Shown here in pieces: positions 11,466-22,282 of a stretch of DNA of 47,875 nt. The notes beneath the pieces were generated by a model, which was not told the DNA's origin, made no database searches, and saw only the letters and a list, made by a program, of their open reading frames with translations. Each line of letters opens with the position of its first letter. Positions within the stretch are counted from its first letter, which is position 1. The position numbers and the translations under genes are program-made. Source of the stretch: Perkinsus olseni (Eukaryota). Location of the stretch: contig JABANN010000244.1 in the NCBI GenBank assembly GCA_013115125.1, forward strand, positions 1-47,875. Direction: 5' to 3'.

Positions 11466-14131
11466 ATGGCCTCCTGGCGTCTCGCCTACAAGAACATGCC
11501 AGTTGATCTTATCCTCGTCCGTCATGGAGAGAGCGAAGGCAACCTTGCCCAGAAAATGGTGGGTCTCATACTGCTCAGTAGCAGCGGGCATCGTCCTTGT
11601 CAGGCACAGCAGGGGGACGTACCAAACCCCTGGACCAGCGGCTTCAGAGCCCGCCACAACTCCAAGTACCGCCTGACGGACAGAGGCCGGGCTCAGGCGG
11701 AGGCGGCTGGCGAGTGGATCAAAGACAACGTTGGTAGGAGGAAGGCTCGACGTCCTCACGGCCACCACACTTGTGTTTAGGAGAAGCCTTCGATATCTGT
11801 CTCACCAGCGAGTACATCAGGGCTATGGAGACCGCCGCCTACCTCCATGTCCAGGAGGCGGAGTGGAGGACCGAGTTCTTCTTGAGGTGGTCCCCAGGAG
11901 CCCCCTCCTCGGTCTCGTACTCTCGGTATCGTGTTGCTATTGGGCGAGAGGGAGCGGTGGTGAATGCCAATCTGGAAGGGGGGGGGGCCTGGAAGAGTCT
12001 TCCTTTCCGGTGGTAATTATCATTATCCCCTCTCAGGGAGAGGGACCGCGGCGTGCTGGCCAACAAGTCGAAGATGGAGAGGCGACGAGAGCATGCGGAT
12101 GAGATCGAGCGACAGGACAGGGACAGCTTCTACTTCCAGCCCAGCGGCGGAGAGAGTAGGTCGCCTCCGCCGTCGTCTGAATAGAAAAATATGCTCGTCG
12201 CTGGCCACGCGAGGCGGATCAGAGATCAGACAAGGGAATTCAACAGGTTGAAAGATCAGGAAATTTAGTCAAGGGTGACCAGCGGTCCATGAAAGGACGC
12301 TTTAGGCCGGAAAACTTAGATTTTAAGAGAACTTCTCATTCTCCTCATTGTAGTAGCCGCACTAACTTGACTAACCTCGACTAGACGTGGTGGTGCTACG
12401 TTCCATGACGTTGATGCCATCGTACTCACGATGAGATTGTCGTATACTCACCAGTACCGGCCGTCGCCAGGTATCGCCAACTTGTGTCTGAGGGTTGAGA
12501 GTGTGATAAAGCATCTCCAAAAGGGCAGTGCTGGGCTGAGGGTCATCATAGTCTGCCACGGTGGTGTTATTAAGGCCTTCAGAGCCCTAGTGGAGAGGAA
12601 ACGGCAAAGTAGAACGGCACCCACCGTCATCACAGCCCCGCTTCGAGCCGCTTCGAGGTCGAATATTTCCATTTTTCAGCTGACTTCAGCGAGGGGTTCG
12701 AAGTCCACCGAAGCAGCCGATCTCGATCTCGTCAGAGAAGGCTCCACCCTCACGAGCCGACCTTCAAGGTGACCGTCTTCGCCGGCTGCCGCTCTCCGGG
12801 GTTCTCGGGCGCTCCACAGCGCCTAGGGTTGCTTTCTGCTGCGCTGAGCTTGTTGGTCGATCGGTTCAGATTTACAATGGCATGGTCGTTCACTATTCGA
12901 GACGGGACCCCACTACCGGCCTTATTTCTGACAACTATCATTGGGTGAGGAGAAAGTGCTGGGTGGTGGGGTCGAACCCGGGTGGATACTTTCAGGTTCG
13001 GTGTGCCTGTCCTTGGCGGCCATCTCTCGTCAACGAGGAGTGGATCCATTTTGCCCCTCATGTCCTCACCAACGATATGCTCCTGGCAGAAGTGCAGAAA
13101 GTCCCGCAACTCGTCAACGAGGGTGAGATGGCGCCCACTGGCAACCCTACTGCTATGCGAACCTCCGTGCCCTATCGTCGCTCGCGGGCACCTCTTCAGA
13201 ACACCCCAACCTGCTGGGAGTGGTTCCTTCATTTCTCCTTGTCTTCATCTCCTTGTGGTCCACAGTCACCTCATCCCGATGTTGTTGTTGTGGTGGTCAG
13301 GGTTCGATGTGCCGTCGGGTCGATACCCCCACGAGGAGCCCTCCTCCCCCACCAGCGACTATGCCGAGACCGTCACCGAGAGGCCATCCCGATGTAGTAA
13401 CCTCCCCGCCCCTGGGCATCGTTCTCGAGTTCACCGGCGTGCCACCCGTCGCTCCGACCGCCAACGCTAGTAGCGTTAGCCTCGGCCCTCTTCCTCGTAG
13501 TCAATCGGCCAGTGGTCGATGGGGAGTCATCCAGTGTTGCTCCCGTGTCCTGGTTGCCGCTGACGCTGTCTTCTCTCAGCCTCCTTACGGGTGCCCGGCT
13601 ACAAGCCACAGGCGAGCGAAGGAGATGATGAGAATCTCACCATTGATATAGGTAGGAATCTTACAGGGTATCTTTCCAACCGTGGAGGTCAACTTGTCAT
13701 CTGCAGGCAGCGACGTAGATACCGAAGATTTTCGGGCACGATCGCTGGACATGAGCCCAACAGATCGGGTCAACCCAGAGTCCCCGACAGATTACGACCA
13801 GTAGTGCTAGTCGGGCCGCCTCGTCCCGACGTCCCTCTTCAGGCGGCAGTCTTCGATCTTCTCCCTCAACTCACAGTCATCTTCGGTGATGGCCCCTCAA
13901 CTGAGGACCTCGATGTCCTCCTCCGCCGGCCAAAGAAGCCTCGGGGACAGTTTTGGCGGTACCACTCTCGACGACAAGCCAGAGCCGGTGGCGTCCCTGC
14001 TCAAGGGTGAGTGGCGCCCAGTGGCTTGTCTAGTCCCTCCCTCCCCTCCCCTGTTCAGTAATGCTACTCAGGTCACAGCGGATCAGGGTCGGGCCATCTC
14101 CGGAAGGCACGCCTCGACCTCGGTCGATTGA
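11466..14131 (+). CDS. Histidine phosphatase superfamily (phosphoglycerate mutase-like) protein with a long low-complexity C-terminal tail; multi-exon
   Basis: LILVRHGESEGN (RHG motif), LTDRGRAQA, SEYIRAMETA, LRERDRG, PSGGES, VIIVCHGGVI. The 3' end (14131) is inferred from chained short exons and is less certain. Confidence 0.85.
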
Positions 14132-14422
14132 AGAGGGTTGGGGAGTCGGGAGGGTCGGAGGATGACTCTGGCGTCGATGCTGCTGCTGTTGATAGCGGCG
14201 CTCGTCGGTACCACCTCTAAGCACCTTTTCACCACCGTTTTCAATATTCTCACTGCATTATCATCCACACAGGAAGTCTTGTTTCATATTTATGACGTCG
14301 CTTCTGCGTGCGGAGTCCGAAGATCAACCCAACGGGGATCAACCCAACGGCCTTGCAGGGTTTGTTCTCGATTCTCTGCCAAACTGCAGCCAGTCCTCGG
14401 CAGCTGCCTTCCGTCCTGACCG

Positions 14423-14869
14423 ATGCCACCACGCAAGACAACTACTAGACGGAAGAATCGAGGCCTACCGACTAAGTGCCTGGACGAGTTGGATATGGAC
14501 CAAGACGACATCACCAAGTACTTCAAGCCAAAAGACGCCGGCGGTGCATGGACGGCTGCGGAGGTGGAACTACTTAAGAGGAGGATCGTCACGGCTGATA
14601 GGAAGATAGCAACGTGGGCTTGATAATTGGTGGAGGGGGTTGATGATGATGATGATGAGCTGCTGTTGTGGTGGTAGGCTCCAACTCGAGAAGGAGAGGT
14701 TGCTCAACGTCCTCCACGAGGTCCCTGGCTACTACCTCCTCGGTGGGGATGAGGAGGCATCGTCTCCCTCCCAACCCAGAGAGGGTTGGGAGGGTGCCGT
14801 GGTGGTCGACCTCTCGCAGGACTCAGCCGAGAAGCAGGTGAAGTCGGAGGAGCGGCGGCGGCGGGCGGC

Positions 14870-14906
<37 letters not shown>

Positions 14907-17494
14907 CTAGCGGTGCGTGACAGAGAGGCGGCCATCATTCGGATGATGGGCAGGATCAGCATGTACTGCCTTGAGGACCTCACAGCCCCGTCGGCTGGAG
15001 TCAAGCCGGTGAGTGGGAGGAACAGGAGGTTCTCGACTGTGACGGACCATCTCCTCAGCCGGTCGATGGCCCTAGTACCTTTAGGGACAAGGCTTCGTCC
15101 ACTCTAGCGTTGCCGTGCCTGGTAAGGATGCCCCCTCCTCCTCTGGAGCCGATCAGTCGTCTCAGGACGGCCTGCCGAGCCCCTTCCCTAAAGTCTTGGA
15201 CCAGCACGCGCCTCACCTCTCCAACTACCCTGCCGTGCCGGGCTTCTCCGATGACTTCGATGAGCTCTTCGTCCTCTCCTCCACGGAACTGGTGGCGACC
15301 AAGGATGAGCTAGAGGACCTCCTCTGCTCCCACCTCAACCCGCTCGTCTGTAGGATCGGGGGTGGTCTCGCGGCGTGAGGAGAGCATTCATCAGATACTA
15401 AGAAAGACCTTGAGCGCGGCGCCATTTTCTCGATCGAGTTCCTCACCAGCCTCCACGAGGGAGTGTTGAAGAACAAAGCGAGGGGCGTCTCGGTGGAGGC
15501 TGTAGAGCGGTACCTGCAGAAGCTCTTCCCGAAGCAGTCCCGCCCGAGGCCGTCGCCGGCCGGGGCTAAGGAGGAGGAGTCCGCGACGACTGGGGAATCG
15601 GCACTCGTCAGGAATATGGCGACGACGGATTTCTGTGAGCAGGAGGAGCCTGTGGAGGGCGAGGAAGTCGGCGGGGCTGTCGATGAGACGGAGGTGATGG
15701 TCTATGATGCTGAGCCTCCTGCCTCGCCTCTGCGGGAGCCTATCCCCCTCACCCCCAACGAGATGGTATCGGATAATGAGGGCCCTGTCCACCTGCGCTA
15801 CATCGAGGCCACCTCAGCCACTCTGCAGCAGGAGGGCAGCAGTCAGGACTTCGACTTTGGCGACCTCGACCTCCTGCCGTCCTCGCCGGTCATCGAAGTC
15901 AGTGCTGATGAAATGTCCCTCCTTGGCGAGGATGAGCCGTCCGATGGAGGAGGACCATCAGACCAACCACCGCTGCCCTCGAGCGATGATGACGATATCC
16001 AGTGCCTCTCCGGTAGCAGCCGGCCGGGCACGCCCGAGGCGACGGCGGAGCACAGCCGTGGTGGGGCAGCTGGTGGTTGCGACGACTGGCTGTCCTCTCT
16101 CCCTCTAGTGGAGCGCGTGAAGGCCCTGGGGGCCATGAGAAGGGGGTCTGATGTGAGTCGATGGGCCAATGGTACATGGAAGAGTTGCCGGTTGTCTCTG
16201 GCGAGCCTTGGCGTCCCCGAGGCCCCGACCGGTTCCGACTCGACAACCCTGTCGTACGGGGATGACGAGGCAACGACAGCAGCAGCCAACGACGACGAGG
16301 ACGTCTTCATGATGGAGGACAGCATGGCCGATGCGGTCCTTGTCGGCGGTGGCTCACAGGATGTCCTCGGGGAGACGGCCGCCAGTGACACCCCTCCTCC
16401 GGGGTCAGGGGCACCGGTCGAGGACGGCGCGGACGCCCGAGCCGGAAGATCTGTTCTGGGTGCGATGGAGTGGGAGAAGCTTGGCGATGATGAGTTAAAG
16501 CGGTGGATGTCGTTTTTCGGCCTGAAGGTGGCCTCTGGGACCTCCAGCCGGGGGAACATGGTGAGAACCCTCACCGAGATTGCCCGGTAGGGACGCCCGT
16601 TGCCGCCCTCGCCGGTGATGAGCCCCTCAGGTACATCGAGGTGGGAGGCGGAGGAGCACTGGATGACAGTCCCGCCGTGGCAGAGGCTCCGAAAAGGAAG
16701 CGGCAGAAGAGGTCCCCGAAGAAGACGAAGGAAGGCAGGCGAGGTAGCAACTGACGTGCTCTGGTCAGCCTCGGTTGTGGTCAGAGAAAAAACGAGAAGC
16801 CGAGGAGAAGCGGAGGGCAAATAAGCTGGCACTCGTCCACGCCATACGGAAGGATACAGAGATGTGGCAACGGATGCTGCTGTTCGAGACCATCGACCTC
16901 ACCGACCTCTCGACGCGTCTCAAGGAGCAGGTCGGTGATTTCGGAGCTTCTAAACAACAGTAGTCTCTCATTAATGTATGAACTACTTACGCTGCACCGC
17001 AAAATCTTGAAAGCATCGTATTTTCAGCATTAGCCGTGATATTTTCTCGTCCGGCGTATGCATGCGAGGTTTCGATCACTATAAAAAAGAACAGCCGTAT
17101 GTGATTGGAAGATTACAATAATAATCCCGTGATAAAGATAGACATTATTGCACTATGTGCCACTTTGTGTGCAAATGGCCTCTGGGCTAGTCTCTAGCTC
17201 GTATGATTGAGGGATGACCCATAATTCGAACGAAAGGCAATCACGATATGAATACGAACATCGTCGACCAAGTTCGATGAATCGATATACACATTATGAT
17301 ACTACCCCTGCACTCGGCCCTAGACCCCCCTTCCTCCTCAGGACCCCACGATAGTGTGCGACCTCGTACTCCTACGGGAGCTCTTGGAGGAGCAGGGAGT
17401 GCAGTTCTGCAATACTCTCCAGGCGGTGTCGCAGAGGGCTGCTGCTCGGAAGCCGAGAGGGGCGGCATCCGCCCGACGACGACCCCGATGCTAG
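14423..17494 (+). CDS. SLX4: Probable SLX4 structure-specific endonuclease scaffold (SAP plus C-terminal SLX1-binding domain)
   Basis: Long acidic, disordered body; SAP-like WEKLGDDELKRWMSFFGLK...MVRTLTEIARY. Then LVHAIRKDTEMWQRMLLFETIDLTDLSTRLKEQ spliced (intron 16931-17341) to DPTIVCDLVLLRELLEEQGVQF, resembling the SLX4 C-terminal domain. Confidence 0.7.
14873..14905 (+). repeat. (AGC)n coding microsatellite (poly-Ser)
   Basis: About 10 AGC units inside the SLX4-like gene. Confidence 0.85.
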
Positions 17495-17714
17495 GCTGCT
17501 GGCTGAGAGGTCACTGGACCGGAAGGAGGAGCCCTTGAGGGGAATTGTGAGGCGCGCGACGGTTGACGATGACGAGGAGGGGCCGAAGTTAATGTAGCCA
17601 AGTTCTACTTCGCATGCCGTACAATTTCGTATATTATACTTAATCACTCTCAGTGCGGTTTTTGGGTTGACAGTGGGGGAGTAGCATAAAACTATCACAG
17701 CGCCTCTCACACCG

Positions 17715-19726
17715 ATGGCCTCTGATCTCTCACGGCTGAAGGCCACGGGCTTGCCCTATGCACCAGAAAAGGCCTTGAAGAAGCGAATCAACAGGTAAGG
17801 CGGCTGCCGGCGCCACCACCCAACCCACCCCTTGCCAGTTACATCGCCGGGTTGGTCGCATCATCGACTACGACCTCTAATGAGACGGCTTGCCTGGTTC
17901 TCGACACGGACCATCTTCTCACCACCGAGGCCCTCATCGACAGCGCTGGTGTCCCTCCTGAGTCGATCATCATACCCAATCCCGATCCACAGCAGCTGAG
18001 GGGCATGCTGGAGAAGTACGGCCAGCTCTGTACGGTCCAGGGTACGTCTCATGATCTCCTGCGCCCGGCAGGGGGGATCGAGGACCACCTCAACGGTCGT
18101 CTGCTTCGATGCGTCTACCTCGACTACAACGGCAGCTTCGGGCGTGATGGCTACAAGACCGGTCGGAAGAAGCGAGACGACCTGAACTTCCTGCTGGAGG
18201 GTCGCCTGATGGCCTCGCCGTGCGTCCTCGCTATTTCGTTCTCCATGAGAGGCATTGGGGAGACCTTCCCCTTGGAGCATTGGTTCAACGTGAAGGACTA
18301 CGTCGAGTCGGTTGTGATGCAGCAGAAGGATCTGCACATAAGGTGGCTTGACTGTCTCCGGTACCGTCACAACCCGAGGAGCTCGCCGATGATGTTCCTC
18401 AGCGCAATTACGTGGCGCGGTGACGGTTCGGGCCCGACGGAGCTGCCGAGGTCGGTCCTCGATGGTAGCGAGGCTCTTTGGACAGAGCGCATCGACACGA
18501 AGGCCGAGAAGCAGCGGGACACCGGCCTGACGTATCCTAGGTGGATGGCAGAGGCCGCTCTCGACCTGTGCAGGAAAGCTGCCATTAACAAGGCTTACAT
18601 CACTGCCCCTCACACCCCTCTCGGTCAAGTGGCCAGGGATGTCTTTACGACTGGAGAAATGTGCATGCTGTGGGATTCGATCCCGAGACCTCGTCATTGG
18701 CTTGAGGAGGATGTGAAGTTGGCTGATGTACCCGGCATAGTGTGGTGCTGCGAGGAGGGTATGCTGCATCTTAGAGGGCGACGGAAGAGCGGTTTGCGAG
18801 AAGACCTGATGACCCTCCTGAAGCTGCCCGAAAAACCCAGGCTGCTGCTGCTGTGGAACTTCAGCTACAGCAACGTCGGCGAGAGGTGGAAGCACGAGGA
18901 GCTCTTCCGCTTCGTCGCGTACGTCAAGGCGGGCGGAGGGAAGCCGTTGGCGGCGTTCAACTACAACTCCCCGAGCTCAGCGGTCTACTTCCTCGTAGTC
19001 TCCTTCGATGAGGCGATCGATGAGTTTACCTTCACCCAGCCTGGCGCCGTCGGGCTGTCGGCTGTTGATCTAAATACCGTCGAGCACACGAAGAAGCAGG
19101 AGCGTGTCGACATACCGCTGTGCAAGTACCTCCGAGCCTTCGCCCACAGGCTGGAATTGCCCTCTTCCAGCAGAGTGGTGGTCACAGAAGGCCCTTCTCT
19201 CTGTTGGTCCTCCCGACTCCTCGAGGCCTTCCCACAATGGCGACTTTTGGTGAAGTCAGACGACCCCGTCGAGGTCGAGTTGATGTCTCGCCACAAGCTA
19301 GCATCCTCGGTCTCCTCGACCTCCACCCTGCCCTCGGACTGCAACGGCTTTGTACTGCTCTACGACCACTGTTGGGCCGACGGTGTGGCCACCGAGCTGG
19401 AGCACGTTCTGGCTCCCAATCGTTTCTACTGTATCGGTTATCATCTAGTAGGCCGACCAAGCTCCTATCTGCTCGAGCCCGTGTCGTGGCTGCATCGAAC
19501 GCTTGAGCAAAGTACCTCGACTGGCTACACTCTCGAGCGTGTCATCTTGTGTCGAAGCAGCGCCCCTTACGTCTACGTTATCTTCCACACCTTTACTGAC
19601 ACCGGCAGAATCGACGAGGATCCCGAAAAACTTCGACAGCTCAAGTTCACCGTGTATGACGACTGGCCCACCGAAGAGGACGGCGCGTTTACCAGTCGTG
19701 TTGATAAACTCCTCGTCCGAGGATAA
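17715..19726 (+). CDS. Hypothetical ~655-aa protein with Rossmann/SAM-methyltransferase-like unit(s); 2 exons
   Basis: Exon 1 MASDLSRLKATGLPYAPEKALKKRIN, short GT-AG intron (~17795-17838), then a 1.9-kb open exon. Motifs CLVLDT..LLTTEAL, IIIPNPD, CVYLDYNGSF and LAISFSMR follow a class I MTase-like strand order. Confidence 0.75.
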
Positions 19727-19761
19727 TTCACGTTTCTTCACCGTTGCTTGTGTTTGCGTTC
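19640..19761 (+). repeat. 122-bp direct repeat, copy 1 (3' end of the 17715-19726 gene plus UTR)
   Basis: Matches 22042-22163 with 5 mismatches by manual alignment. Confidence 0.95.
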
Positions 19762-19789
19762 ATATCATACCCACGGCGTGGCTTTGAGA

Positions 19790-21700
19790 ACGCAGCCGGA
19801 GGGAAAGCGTTCTAGCGGTACACTGAATGATACAGTTATTTTCTTCATCTCGGTAATCAGTCGCGGCGAATGAGCCGAAACTTCTTCCCTCATGGAAGAG
19901 GAAGCCACAGCTGTCCGTTGTCTGCCGAGGATCAGATTATCGAGCGGGTGGGAGCTCTCCGTCGCTGATATCGTCAAGTCGGCGATCGTATGCCGGTCTT
20001 AAGTCGATCGTTTCTCGGATGGGCGGGTGCCGGCTGGTGCCTAATGCCTCTCCTGATCGAAAGACTAAAGAGAACTTTCGGACTGGGCATGGGGGTGAAG
20101 GTTTCGTCGCCATTCATTCTCGGTCCCCGAGCGCTTGATTTTCCGTGCCGCATCTCAGCAACCGTTCTGAGATAGATCTCTCTGCCAGGATCGACTCGCT
20201 TAGGGAAATCGACTAGGTCATCCCGCAGATGATAATCCTTTACCGCCCACTAGTCCTTTGGAGATGCACCCGTGAAACGCGTAAAACAGTTTTACGCGAA
20301 GTGTTTCACGCGTAAAACGCGATGTGTTGTGTAATGATACCACTTCGCGGTATAACGCGCGCAAGGCTCCGCCTTCATCGCTCTAAGCACGAAAGCGTCG
20401 CCTGCCTTTGCCCTGCTAAGGTGAGTCGTGAAGCGGGCAAAGATCTGAGACGTGAACTCGCAGTAAAATGGCGAATATTCGCAGCTTTTCCGAGTCCAAC
20501 CTTACCGGTCCACGGCTGGGTGTTGACTGCAGCATGCAGTACAGGTCTTTGTTCTGGTTAAACTTCTCTTCGTATCCCTCCAGGATCTCAGAGCCCAAGT
20601 TGTGCATGAGATGCTCTTTCAGTGAGGGTGGGGTCCTCGGTGTAGCCTCGCTTGCATTCAACATTTCTATCAGTGGATTGCTAAATCTTTTTAACTCGTC
20701 TTCGTCAGCGACGAATGCAAACTTGAAGTAATCCCTTTTCCTGAGAATAGGAGGATGCAAAACAGTTGACTTGAGAAACCCTACTCGTCGGGAAACTCGA
20801 AATGTGCTACGTCGATGACACGGGGTGGAATCCACCCGGTGGATCATCACCTGGGGTCTCAAGATACCCCACAACAGTCTGCCAAAGAGAAAGATAGGAA
20901 GATTGGATGTTGACGGTTGGCATCTTGTGACACCGAGCAAGGCATCCACAAGAACATAGAGCTCTTCGCCTTGGTCGTTTTCGCGTCATTATTGAGGGTC
21001 ATGGTGTGCCTGGTTTGAACATCCGGAAGCCGACCTCGTAGTGCCCAGGATGATGCCAAGGAAGCGGCAATGTTGAGAAAACGCATGAAGACAATTTGTC
21101 GGGACATGGTACCAGGCATCACTAGCAAACAATCATAACTCAACTCGCGCTGACCCAAAATATGCAATTCCTTCGGGTGTAGGCAAGCTGCGAGATTTAG
21201 ACCATTTGGGAGTACCACGCATTCAAACGTCTTAGAGTTTCTAGAATGAGGGGACGGACGAGGGATCGTACCGCTGAATGGGTATTCGTGTTTCGGAGCC
21301 GCACTTCCACTACGCCCGTTCGCGTGAAGCTGATGGTTATGTTAGTAAAGGAGGTGTGCGGAAGCAGTGCAGCATAGTGTACGGGTTACTGCGAAGATGT
21401 CTCGACAGTCGCCGGGCTTATACGCTGGTCTACTTACGAATTATCTTAACCCGTTCGACGACCTCCCTTCGGCGTGTGGGAAACGATGTTGAATTCAGAT
21501 CGACAACGTGAACCATCAAGCCACCATCTCAGGTTGAAGTGATACTGGTCCGCCATCACGGTTGTTCTGTTCGACAGTCCGACCCCATCGATGGAAATCG
21601 CTGTAGAGCGCTCGAAAGTCCGCAAGAATGCAAGGGACATCGGGCTTCACTGGAGGAAGATTTCCAAGTTGGAAATTCCATCGGGAATTCTCCCCGTCCC
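19790..21700 (-). mobile_element. Decayed hAT-superfamily transposase remnant, possibly composite
   Basis: Ordered degenerate motifs on the - strand: AISIDG..SNRTTVMA..YHF (first Asp), VVLPNGLNLAAC (DN motif), DVQTR (DVxTRW), PLIEMLNASE..PSL, ILEGYEEKF and VPLERFPS (SERxFS). Many frameshifts and stops; no TIRs seen. Confidence 0.65.
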
Positions 21701-22041
21701 TTTCGTTTCGTTTATGACAAATTCCTAGGAGAGGTGCGAAAACAATTACTGATGCGTTACTGGCCACCTTTGAAGTTAACTAGGTCGAGGAGGCACAGGG
21801 ACTGTGCGACAGAGTTGTACATCAATTGGATCGGAAACAGGACAATCTCGAGCACGGTGGTGAACTGAATGAGCACGCGTCGTCATTTGCAACACCTTTG
21901 CACATCCCGAGCAAGCCCCGTCGGAGTCATGGTCCCACTACTGAGGTATAAAGAGAGTTTTGAACGACAACGAAAGAGCAAATGTCAGCGCGACCAGCAA
22001 ATGTCACTTCGAAGTCAGTTATCGCTTCCTTCACTTTCCAC

Positions 22042-22163
22042 CTCAAGTTCACCGTGTATGACGACTGGCCCACCGAAGAGGACGGCGCGTTTACCAGCCG
22101 CATTGATAAACTCCTCGCCCGAGGATAATTCACGTTTCTACACCGTTGCTTGTGTTTGCGTTC
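22042..22163 (+). repeat. 122-bp direct repeat, copy 2
   Basis: About 96% identical to 19640-19761. Confidence 0.95.
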
Positions 22164-22282
22164 GTCTCCCACTAACGCGCTCCGATAAGGATTCCTCCGA
22201 CCGGAAACTGTCACGGATAACGCAAATCTTTGAGGGAAAGAAATGCTTCATATTAATAACATTCATTTTACTCTGAGAAAAG

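Noticed and set aside
15843-18895. Long antisense ORFs 15843-16832 and 17861-18895
   Set aside because: Shadows of GC-rich + strand coding sequence, with no motifs of their own.
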